Shown: positions 24,201 through 35,422 of the stretch, piece after piece
Layout of the letters: every line of letters starts with the position of its first letter
Position numbering within the stretch: the first letter of the stretch is position 1
From: Takakia lepidozioides
Taxonomy: Eukaryota > Plantae > Bryophyta
Assembly (NCBI GenBank): GCA_030704615.1
Contig: CM060733.1
Location: forward strand, 69,130,001-69,194,000
Direction of reading: 5' to 3'
DNA: 64,000 nucleotides
Position numbers and translations under genes: made by a program
The notes under the pieces: generated by a model
What the model saw: only the letters and a program-made list of their open reading frames with translations
What the model was told of the DNA's origin: nothing
Database searches by the model: none

Positions 24201-27200
24201 GTTAAATGCTGGAAAAAGTGGAAAAAGACTCTCCTTTGAAAAGTACTACAAACGCTAGGAAATTTCATGCTTCATATGTATTCTGGTCAGGCCTCTAGTG
24301 GAGCTACAACATCCCGAACTTGGCCACCCCCAAGGAAGCATAATGAAAAATGTGTTCGCCCACCACTGACGAAAGGTACATCACTAGCAAAGTCATTAGA
24401 CATAGCTCTTGGCTTTACAAGGAGAAAACCAAACGCAAAACCTGCAGGCAGTATCAGTCCAACAGCAGAAAACTGTCCACCTTTAGTGCTTTAACTCGGA
24501 GCTCCTCCTTTTCATCATCAGCCAAAGATCCCTTGTCCTTCTTCTGAAAACACACCACCCTTCAGGCTCAAGCTTAAAAGTAGAAGCAGGTGTCTCATAC
24601 TACTTGGTGCACCCAGGCTCTACAGCTAGTCTCTGGCCCTGAACACTCCAACCTATCTCATCTTTGATAGAACCATCAAGAGTATAACATGAAGACTTGG
24701 GGTTACCTGGTGAATACAAGATAAAGTTGTACAACAGGTGTAATAGTAAAAGCCACCATTACGGGTCTCTAGAATAACTACCTCAAGTAGGGACGAGGTG
24801 GAGATCTAACCTCAGTAAGCTTGCGCAAGCGTTCACTCTCTTTGGCCTGTTTGTTTTCCAAAGCTTCGTTTGCTTTCTTCTTCATCAATAGCACTTGCCT
24901 TCGTGAATCTGATGTTACCACAATCTTGTGCCTGTCCTTCTCTACATCACAGCGCTGTTACACCCCACCGTTTCTCTCAGAACAAATACAGAGAGCTACT
25001 TGACATTCCTGGTTACATGACTACAGAAAGATCAACATTATGAGAAAGGTGCATTTGCCGAGTGAGTTGCCAGGACTTTTGGATACCTGCTTGGAGAGTT
25101 TAATCAGTTCATACAACATGTCCCTCAAGCGCTCCTCAGCAGACTGCAAGTCTACCAGGCAATCAGCTCCAACATTCCATGAACAGGTCTCAGATGCCTT
25201 TGATCCCTCTTGTTGATAAACAAACACTAGACCCACTTTATGCACAGCTACTAAATATTTTTGAGGCAGAGCTTGAGAAGCAGAAGCTGCTGTCCCTATC
25301 CTGATAGCAGAAGACTATCTGAAAATAGGGGAAAATATCAGTACTGGAAACTCCAGGGGAAGACTCACATACCATGGACAGACACCGCTCTATGTTGCCA
25401 CCTACAGTCCTGATGCCACTTTTCGCTGCTGTATTCAAAACATACCAATTACATGTAAAATTCAACATCTTCCTGACAACTCCTTGTTGTATTTCTAAAA
25501 TACTTACAACAAGAACTGCAATGGTTGGTTCAGATTTGACAGCAAACAGGGCTTACCAATGGCATGGATCTTTGTACGCAAAGGGCCCTTCTCAAGGAAC
25601 AAATGCTCCTCTTCCTGTTGCACAACTTTGCGCATGGCCTCTGTGGTGCGGCTCTCCTTTTTTGGTACTGCCAATAATTGTTCCTCCTCTTCCTGCGAAG
25701 GAAATACTAGTGGGTTTAAGACTCCACCTCCTGGAATAAAATTGCAGACCATGAACTACATGTGCATCTTCAGGTGAACCAGTAAGACACTGGTAGCCAG
25801 GTTGGCATAGTCCAAAGCACATTAAAACAAGCTTCCAGGAAACCCTCCTTGATTCCTTACCGCAACAATCTCAACAGACAGAAACACCCCAAGTGGGACA
25901 TTTGACCGCAAATGTGGGAGGCAAGCTCACCCAAAGATTCACACCACTGACAGCTGTGACATCATTGAGGTGGTCAATGCTTTGATCAACATCTCCTCCC
26001 TGCACTTTTGGCTTCTTGCTGCAAACCCCATACAAAGCCCGTCAGTACAAGCACCTCTTACTCTTACAAAGGAGCCAAGCTACATCCCTTTGTGTTAAAC
26101 AGATACCAGCCAGAAGACTAGCTGATTCGATTGACTCAAACTAAAATCTGTTCAGCCATTCTCCAGTTAGGATGAGTAATTTTCTCGATTTCTATCTTAT
26201 CTCAGAAAGAGCAGCCAACTCACTTACTACAGTCAACAGGCACCAACAAGACCTCTGAAGACTCCGAAGTCAGGGCCAAGCCCACACAGCGTTACCCTGA
26301 ACCGAGCATACTGACCTTAATGGTTGTAATGGTTGAGACATTGTCTCAGCTGGCTTCTTCGTGCCCTTTGGAGGCATTTTAGCTGCAGCATTGGGAGGTA
26401 CTGATACAGGTGCTGCAGACATGCCTTGTATCTGCATTAATGCCTGATTATACCCAGGAACTCCACCTACTGTCACTGGCATAGCACTCAGTGGTGTTGC
26501 AGAAGTCATTGTCACTGGAACAGCTACTCGGGCAGGAACAGAGCCTGATTGAAGTTGCTGCCCTACCTGCTCATCCACCCTCTCCCATATCCAAGCATCA
26601 GATCCCCTACAAGCATGCCAGTGTCTGCACACAGCAGGAACATTCTTCCAGACATTTTCTCACCAAGCATATAGTGGTGGTGACCTACAAAGAGGGCTAT
26701 CTAGACTGCCAGAGACGCAAATATGGGCCTTCTGAATCCAAGGCGCGTCACCTGATGCAATGGAGCAGATGCTTTAAGCATGGAGGACTCATACGAATGA
26801 TGTGCTGACATGCCACTCGAGGCAGCTGCAGCTGCAAAGCCTGAATGCAGAGAGGAGGAAGTGGTAGGTATGCTGGGGAAGCGAGGAAGTCCACCTCCTG
26901 CTTGTGCGGTGGTCAAGTTACCCTGCTCTCCAAATAGACCCTGCACACTGAAGTCCTTGGAAACGGGTATGGGCAGTGAAGCTGTATTAGACAACTGCAG
27001 TTGCCGTGGGGATTTGTAAGCTGCCTGACGGTCTTGCCCCTTTGCCAAAACTTGTGACATCTGTGATTTCTGTAGTCCACTTGAATGATGCTCATTCAAA
27101 GGTTCCTGCTTAGCAGGTATGAGCATCTGTGCTGCTTGCTGCTTTTCCAGCAGCTTTGAGTGCAGCTGTGGTGTCTTAAGTGGTATGGGTTGCAGTGGTA

Positions 27201-30200
27201 GGAATTGTGGTGGTGGAGGATGGCTGGAAACAGGCAGCTCCGGAGCTCCACTTTGCATCCTCCTCAATCTGTCCTCTTCCTGCACCTTCCGCGTCCTCTC
27301 ATCTTGTTCCTCGCGCTTCTTCTGTTCTTTCCGAAGTTTTTGTCTCGCATACTTTGAGAGAGGCTTCTCTGAAGGTGGCTGGGAAGAAGTGCCCAGCCCA
27401 CTTCCTTGCAGAAGCTTAGGCTGAGCCAGCTGTGTCTGGCCTTGCATGCCACTGTATGGAATTCTTTGTGCCTGTTGCTGTGACAGTTGAACCCCACTGC
27501 CCAAAGTTTGAGAGATCCCTAAAGATGAGGGGCCCAGCTGGATTGAAGCAACAGACCCTGCTGTTGACGCTGGTAGAGGCTGAGGAATCAGCTGCCTTGC
27601 AAGCTGTGACTTATCCACCTCATGTACTTGCTGTGAAAGCGCAGGTGACGACACCTGATGGCTGGTCCCTTGTCCTGTTTCCCCCTGTTGTTGGTCTGCT
27701 GGCCTGCCCTGCTGTGCCTGCACATGAGAATGCATCGACTTTATCTCCCTGGTCTGTGAAGAAGGTTGCAGCTGTGACTCAGGGTTTGGCTGCTGCTGCT
27801 GGAGTGACAGAGCTGGTAGGGTTTGTGGGGAAGATTGTTGAGTTGCAGGTTGAACTGCAGGTGGTTCCATGGGTTTTGATATAGAAGCCTGGTCAGACAT
27901 TGGCTTGGAGGGTGTTGCTTGCATGACCGTTGGGGTTGAAGAAGCAAGTGGGTGAACAGAAGAACCCGACTGCTGGGACTGCATTTGCAGCGGCTGCTGT
28001 CGCTGTTGCTGCAAGTTCCAGGCGAGCCCAACAATGGAGGTATCAGTTAGCATACCAAAGCACAAGCAACCTACTGCTTGGTCACACTTGCACATCCAAG
28101 CCATCACTGTACAGTAAAAGAGTAGGATGGTTGAAAGAACTCACCTTCAGATACATTTGCCGGATCATTTGCACCAAAACCTGATCCCCAGCAATCAATC
28201 TGGCACCTCTTACAAAATCCTCTCTTGTTATCTCAGTTCTCTGCAAAATCACAGAATTAGACTAAAAGATGATGAACCAGCACACAACAAACTCTGCAAT
28301 CCTAACAATCCTTGTTGCCAAGAGAACACCTCGATATCTAGATTCAGACGGCTCCTCTTTCTTGCTTTATCGATCCACACAAGCAAACATTATGTGAAGT
28401 CACCTTGAACTGTTGGTACAATGCATTGAGCTGCTGGTTCTGCTCTGGAGGCAGATGGGGTTGAAGCAAGGGCATTAACGCCCCAAATGAGATGCCTTGA
28501 CTTACGCCACCTGATCGTTTCGGTGCTCGCCCTGGCTGCTGCTGCTGCTGCAAGCACTGGAGACGTTGGTGTTGCAGAAACTGCTGTTGCTGTGTATGCT
28601 GGTGCCATTGTGCAATTTGTCCTGGCCCCACTGGAGTATTGTGCCCTGGATGCCCAAAATTCAATCTTCTGTTACATGACTGCCTCAACCATCTCCACCT
28701 CAGGCAACTAAGCAGTACCATACCTAAAAATCCAGAAGATCTAGGTATCCTAGCTGCCCATTCAGGTGTGCACCCACATAGGTCAATACCCTCATGCGAC
28801 TCAATTAAACTCAAAATAAATCACCTATCTGTTAAAGAAACATTCAATCACGAGAGAAATGTCCCCTCACCTTTAGCAAGGAGAAGGCCAGCAGAATCCA
28901 AAAGAACAACAACATCATCTCGCCACCCACCCCCAAAAGAGAAAAACAATAGACTAAGCTGGACTTGTGGTGCAGTCAAAACCTGTCATAGGACACCCAA
29001 TCATGTGCACAGTGTGCATGGTGTCTTCAATCTCAGAATCGACACCACAGCTGTTCATGCAGCTAAGTAGGTCCCAGGATAGGACCATCTATAGATCTCA
29101 ATTGATCAGAAAATCTTCCAGCTTCTAAAGGAGAAGTTGCTGCCAAGGATAGAATTAGGTTGCCTGTACAATGCGATTGAACAGGTGGACAGATCAGGTA
29201 CCAAACCTGTCAGATCTGATACAGAGGACAAGGCAGACGATTGAGAATCCAAGAGCCTAAAGCTGCCATTGCCATGAAGGGCAATTCCATATGCTGCTGC
29301 TGAGCCACCAAGCTCTCCTTTCAACACCGCAGCAAATGCATCCACATCTGCCCCTGACACTGGCGTCCCAGTATCATCCTGTCCCCTCTTCCCAGTTTCT
29401 GTTAATTTCTCTCTGGTTCATTGTATGGTAATATCTTTGAAAAATGGATGCCATCATAGCAAACAAGCACACACGGTAGAGATCCACAAAATTCAAACCA
29501 CCTGAAACCACACACACCACGGATGTGGACTGGAGGAAGCCAGCACCTAAATAGTAGTGTTCCAAAGTGCAGACGGTTAGGTGCAAGAACTATTCACTTC
29601 ATAAAGCACAATGTGATAAAGACACCCATTCCCAGGAATCAATTGTAGCTGGAAATGGAAAGACAACCTGCTGGGGCAGCTTAAGGCTAGAGAAAACCAG
29701 GAAATTATATCAATCACTCAAGAACACGTACTCTACATTCCTTGGGAGCCAAACTATGTAAAATTGAGGCACATTAGGTCTTCTGTGTTCCATAATTTAT
29801 GAGACAAACCCTGGGATAATCTGCCAATTATACTTGACAATTTTTTGGAAGTCGTAGCATGCTTGCTCCCTCTCTCACACACAAATCTCTCCACGCTACC
29901 TTAACTACAAAGCAATTAATTCCACCGCCATTAGGGTTTTTGCTGCACAGAAGTCCCGGTGTGCAAACCTCAGGTCGACCAGGATTCACAAACATTATCC
30001 ACCACCCAAATTTGAACCAGCCGAATACAAATACAACTGAATTTCCCCTTTGAGGTTCATGTAGGGACTTCATTTTTCCTGAATTTGTGATTGATATCTG
30101 CATAACGGCTGTGGGTCACTAAGTGAAAATCCTACAGCATGCTTCCAGCAAGTACTGGTCAAGCCCTTACCAGAGCAACCAAACACAAAATACCGTGCAG

Positions 30201-30439
30201 CAGTAGGTGAGGTCAATTCCAACATCCGGGTATAGATCTTCCAAGTGCGAGCCTTCAGATGCCTACCAGCTTCGCTCCTTCCAGCAAATGGAAATCCCCA
30301 CGCACCCAGCAACCGAAGCTACAATGTTTACTGCACCCAAGATCAGGAATCCCAACCAAACTGCACAAGAATTTAGAGGCAAGGAAAAGATGCAACAGAC
30401 CTCGTCATCTTCGAGCAGCTTGATGAGCCCTGGATCCAT
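21268..30439 (-). CDS. TAF4: Transcription initiation factor TFIID subunit 4 (TAF4/TAF4b-like), ~15 coding exons
   Basis: N-terminus [13 protein letters not shown]|[10 protein letters not shown]; RST domain ([14 protein letters not shown]...FK|[22 protein letters not shown]); Q-rich middle; [18 protein letters not shown]|EEEEQLL; [15 protein letters not shown]; [30 protein letters not shown]; [30 protein letters not shown] exons: 30401-30439, ~29205-29378, 28404-~28700, 28145-28240, 26752-28008, 26316-26566, 25931-26018, 25557-25692, 25373-25428, 25087-25143, 24811-24954, 24481-24543, 22410-22551, 21882-22043, 21268-21482. The exon 2/3 junction is unresolved. Confidence 0.95.
22843..24180 (+). 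mobile_element. 5'-truncated non-LTR retrotransposon (RT C-terminal half) in a TAF4 intron, antisense to the gene
   Basis: [17 protein letters not shown] and [10 protein letters not shown] motifs; 14-bp TSD AATAATCTCCTCCA at 22829-22842 and 24181-24194. Confidence 0.92.
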
Positions 30440-30835
30440 TATCAAGGTGGTTGAGCTCTGCCTTCCATATGTAGGCTCGGGGAATGCCAGGAGGCAGCGG
30501 GCTTGTTCTCGCCATCGCCATCACCCGGCGACCCGTTCTTCCACCCAGGATCCCGGGATCGCGTCGGTAGTTTTGTACCCTAGAATATGTTCTGTGATTT
30601 GTTCAGATAAATCTTAATTCTTTTCAACCGTACGATCTTAAGTTCTTAACATGCTTTCCCCAGAAATAAATTATCGGGGCTTCATCCCCTTTTAAGAAAA
30701 AAAAAAAACATGCTTATTCAATCTTTCATCTCTCCGTTTTAATTAGATTAACGGTCAGGGTGTGCCAAGGTGTCGCGTCTTATGCTTACTATGAATCAGT
30801 TGGATGTCAAGCAAACGTCAACTTTACCATAAACC

Positions 30836-33810
30836 AATGGCGAGGCCTACGCTTACCCAACGAGCTTAAGGCAAGCTTGTGAGATGGTGGGGCCGCTGGC
30901 CGGAGCTCCCAAAGGCTCCGGCAGACTACAGGTCAAATCTCATCCCCCACTGGGAAGGTGGGGAGCGTTCCACACCTCATGTTCCCTCCAATGCTCCCCA
31001 CCTTTAGCACCATGTTCCCAAACATTCTCCAATTTTGCTCCCCTGGTCCCCGCACCCCATTGGGACAGGGGTCCAAGGAGGGGAGCGGAGACCGAGAACA
31101 GGGGAGCGAGCCACATTCCATAGGACGAGGAGGGGAGCGGGGATCGGGAACCGTGTTCCATAGGGGAGCGAGCCCCGTTGCATAGGGTCGGGACCGCGAA
31201 TAGGGGAGCGAGGACACGGGACAGGGATAAGAGAGCAGGCCTGGGAGCAAGGAGCGGACACGGGGAATAGGGGAGAGAGAAGAGAGAAGACTCCGGCCGA
31301 GGCCGGCGTAAGTAAGAGTCACTTCGCCTTGCGGCTACTGCCCCTTTTCGAGGGTGGGCCTTATATAAATATGACAAGTGTCTAGGGGACACCAAGTAAC
31401 CGGGGGTATGAGGTACCTCTGGGTACCTAGGGTACCCGAGGGTACCAGAGATGGGGTGGGTTCGAGTTTCCGCTTATTGGTTATGATGGCTGTGAGAGAA
31501 CGAAGTGTCGTAAGGTGGATGTCTTTAAAAGCATGTATGGATGGAGGTGGTGGGGATTTTAAAATTATCTTGAAGTGTTGAGATACTGTCGTGGTGTATG
31601 CCCCCTCTGGTGTCTGTGGAGATGACAAAGAGTGGGCCCATGGCCCACCCTCGTGGGCGAATAACAAAGATAAGCGGAGCGTATTTCTGGCGCGAGGATG
31701 GAGGTGTGCGGGAAGCGGTCGTGGCAGTACGTAAATTCGATAAAGTGTATGATTAGTGGTGGGGTAGGAGTAGAGGATGGAAAGACATTGGTGGGATGTC
31801 CCTGAACTAAGAGGATGTCCAGGCAGAGCCTAGCGGGACATATGCATGTAGCATGGGGTTGGCAAATACAGGATAATAGCCAGGATTATACTGTATGGTC
31901 TGGGGGTCTACCTTGATAAGTGTCAGCATTGATGAGTGAGAACCATCTGGTTTCTTTGTGTAGTTGTAATAGTTTGTGGATGTGCCATACAGCTTGATTG
32001 TGCCTGGCGATACAAAGGCCATACAAGACTAGGTGGGGGCATTTACTGAGGATATGTTGTCAAGTGTCAGGTACTGCATGTATGTGGGAGCAGAGGGGGC
32101 AGTGTGGGGGATGTAAAAATGGTTGGCAAGAAGGTATGCTTACGCTGGTGCCCCATATATTGGGTGAATCTAAACTTAAGTGTTTGTTTGATTTGTGCAT
32201 CGGAAGCGGCTTTAGTGTGCCAGAAGTGTTTGGACAGTTTATGATGGAGTACTGTGGAGTGTGTCCATTTATGGATATGTTGTTTGGTGTGACTGAGAGA
32301 TGTAGCAGCTTGTTGTTGGCTTCTTTAGAGAGAGTAGAGCGGAGGTTACGAATAGGTTTAGGTTCGAGGGGGCTTGGAATTGGATTTATTAGCCAGAAAG
32401 GGTGCGTATGTGCAATGTGGATGGGGTTTGTGGAGGGTTCTACTGGGGGTTTGGAGGCCCCTAGTTGGGCAAAGAGGTCAGCCTCCTTGTTCCCTTTGAT
32501 TCCGGTATATGAGCGTACTTTAAGAAATTGAATAGGTTGGTTGATTGAGATGGCTAAAGTGATGATTGCTGAGATAAGATTACGATCTGGGTGTTGATGG
32601 TGGGAGGATGGGCTGGTTATGTGGTTTCGCAGGAGAAAGAGCGAAGTTAAGCTATCTGTAAAAATACAGTATGGTGAGGGGAATGCGTGTAGCTGGGAGA
32701 GGGCTTCGTAGATGGCCATAAGTTCGGCACGTAGTATGGTTGAGGGGCCCGGAAGTCGGTGGGTTGTACCAGTGTTAGTGGTCGCGTGGTAGACTCCATA
32801 TCCGGCAACGAGCCAGCTTGGGAGCCATCTGTGTAGTGTGCATGTGCTGAGGGGTATTTTAAAGAGGTAGGGCCTAGATGAATTGGAGGTGCTCCAACAT
32901 AGGTGATATTGAGTGACGGGATGGGGCGGGGAGGGGTCGGAATCCATGTTTTGTTTGTTTTTGGTCTATAGGGGGATCGAGATGGGGCGTGTAAAGGTGG
33001 CGTTGGAAAGGATGTGATAGCCATGTTGTGAGTGTTGGACAGTAACAGTTTAAGGTGGGTAGAGAAGTCTATAGGTATATGGGTGTGGGAAGCGTTGTGG
33101 ACTAACAGGATTATGGTGAGAGTGGGTTCTTTGTGCCGTAGGTATTTAGGGAAGGGTGGGTTGCGCATGTATCAAAATTGTTTGGGTTCAATGGCCACCA
33201 AAGGAGTAACGTCAGGAGGGAGTTGTAGAAGGGGGTGGTGATGGTTAGGCATTTTCTGTTGAGTTATGATGAGGATGGTTGAGGTGGAAAGGGAGGAGTG
33301 TGTAGCCTGGCGGGCCCATTGAAGGGCCTCGTGTGCAAGTGGCCATGCGGGCGGGTGAGCGAGGCCTCCTCCTGTCCATGTGTGCTGGGTAGCGGTTCCT
33401 AAAGCACCGAATGTACGGTCACGTGGATGTGGGCTGCTGTATGTGGAGAGCTCCATGGGGCAGGTTAGTGGGCTCGAGTAATATGAGTGAGTCAACTGAA
33501 ATGAGGCGATGAGGAGTTTGAGGATGTCTGGGGGGAGGGTAGTATGGGAGGAGGCTTGCGCCAGTTTGTTGAGATTACGGGGCTTCTTAGCGGGGGTATT
33601 GCCAAGGTATTGGTTAAGAAGCCAGCTGACCTCTGTGGCAAAGTCTTGTTTTGGAGGCTGTAGCTGGCTATTATGTGTGTCAGAGGTGGAATATTTATAC
33701 CAAAGCCAGGCAAGCCGGTGGGAACAGGGGAGCGTAGCGAGGATCTTGGACTTAGAATTATTTTGGAGATGAAAAAGTAAAATAATTCGTTGCATGTACA
33801 ACCAATCACT
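30836..33810. mobile_element. ~550-bp non-autonomous repeat (GGGGAGCG-rich) split by a LINE; inverted homolog of 58450-58997
   Basis: 30836-31300 and 33720-33800 are the reverse complement of 58480-58997. Confidence 0.8.
31306..33715 (-). mobile_element. 5'-truncated non-LTR retrotransposon with RNase H, Cys/His knuckle and C-terminal restriction-like endonuclease region
   Basis: YTDGS...TILRAELMAI...IFTDSLTS...FLKVRSYTGIKGNKEAD (RNase H); CPLC..DT; EFTYCHD-like region; short (CTTA)n-like tail near 31306-31316. Confidence 0.8.
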
Positions 33811-34124
33811 CTACGAGCTTTGATTACGATGATTTCAACCTTTAACATCATCATTGTATATCATATCACCTAACCACCACGCTACCATCCACTTCTTGCT
33901 AACCCTTTGGTTTTTGTTTCTTTTATTCTAGAATTCAAGCTCGCAGGTGAGAGGGGAGCAGCAGGGGGTGGGGATTTGACAGCACACCCCGTCTCCGGTT
34001 TGGTCATCCCCGGTGACCGTACTGGCAAGGCTCCCACCCTTGCATTCTACTCGTTGGGTGAGCGCAGTCTTCTCCTAAACCAAGTGAAATTTAAAATATA
34101 TATATATCTATTATTTATTTATTT

Positions 34125-34900
34125 TTATGAACAGGGGACAGTGGCTCTTGATGAAATTTTATTAAAAATTATTGAAGGGAAAAAAATTAAAACCCTTGAA
34201 GGCCGAAGGCCGCCATAGGGCCCAAACGCACGGCATGTCGTGACGGATACCCTGAAGAACGATAACTGTTGTGTAGATATTGAAGGAAAGAATAGACCAG
34301 GAATGAGCACATTCCAGAAGTAAGTGACGGTACGAGATCCAGAAAACGAACCTAATGCATAGAGCAGAGAAGCCCTGAAAAGACTGACCTGAGATCTACT
34401 AGCCTTGAAGGCATCTAGGAATATAACCAATGATTATTGACATTGAGAACTGAGAAATGAAGGAAGTTTGAAGAGGACAGAAACAGGAGGAGCAAAGCTA
34501 TCTATGGTAGTATAGCTTGGTTTTTGTTGTAGTCTTGACGTGCTTCCAGTTGATATCTGATTTGTCAAACTCTGGGGAAATGGAAGAGGAGGGTTCGGTG
34601 CTGTTGCCATTGAGGTGGCTCTCCGGGCCATTCATAGGAGTCTGTCCCAGAGCAACTGCATATGATGTCTTGCCTCCCCCATGTGGCCTTGAAAGTGCTG
34701 AGGAAGACCTGCTAGCGTTCTGGGGTTTTGGTGATCTCTGTAGCACTTTTTCCCAAGCCAATTTAGCTGCTATGGTAAGGTCAAAGAAAAAATTTGTAAG
34801 AATAGCAGTGGCAATTGAATTCTTACTATCCGGATACCAAGTATATCTGGTTTTCCAGAGGTGCCAGAGGGTAGACCATCTCAGAGCCTCAAACACGTTT
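34125..34900 (-). mobile_element. 3' fragment of an L1-clade LINE
   Basis: FEALRWSTLWHLWKTR parallels FETLRASTLWHLWRAR in the LINE at ~57750. Confidence 0.65.
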
Positions 34901-34902
34901 CG

Positions 34903-35422
34903 TGCACCTAAGCATCGTGCCACAACATACATGTCGTTGTCCAACCACACTTCCTAGCATATAATCCTAGAAAGCTATGCCACAATAGATACGGAAATGG
35001 TCACTTTATGTATCACTTTATGTATCACTTTATGTAAGTCAAGCCAATGGCACCTTTGCTAAAGGACTCCACCATACAGACCACACCCATTGTCCATCTC
35101 AAGTACTAGAGCTATGGCGGCGAGAGAGGCCTCAGGAAGCTCGACTAGAATAACATAAGCATTCTTGCACATCACGTGGAGATAAGCCTCTCCACATCCC
35201 AAGTAAGGTTCGCCACCTCACTTGGAACATGGAACCAAATGAAGTCCCAATGCCCACAAAATACAAATATAAATGTATAAAGTCCTAATTAGCTAGAAAT
35301 AACTATTCTAACTAATCACAAACAAAACCATGACAGCTGTCATGCACCTAAGCATAGTGCCATAACATACATCGTTGTCCAACCACACTTCCTAGCATAT
35401 AATCCTAGAAAGCTATGCCACA
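34903..35422 (-). repeat. Probable 3' LTR of the adjacent gypsy, with an ~80-bp duplicated LTR start
   Basis: PPT-like AGGGGGG precedes TG at 35422 on the minus strand; 34903-34984 repeats 35344-35424. Confidence 0.55.

Noticed and set aside
27119-28184. Plus-strand ORFs overlapping TAF4
   Set aside because: Antisense shadows of the Q-rich exon.
31315-31345. rRNA fragment (resembles 16S helix 27, GGGGAGTACGGCCGCAAGG)
   Set aside because: The similarity is short and gapped; a shared loop-E/GNRA motif explains it.
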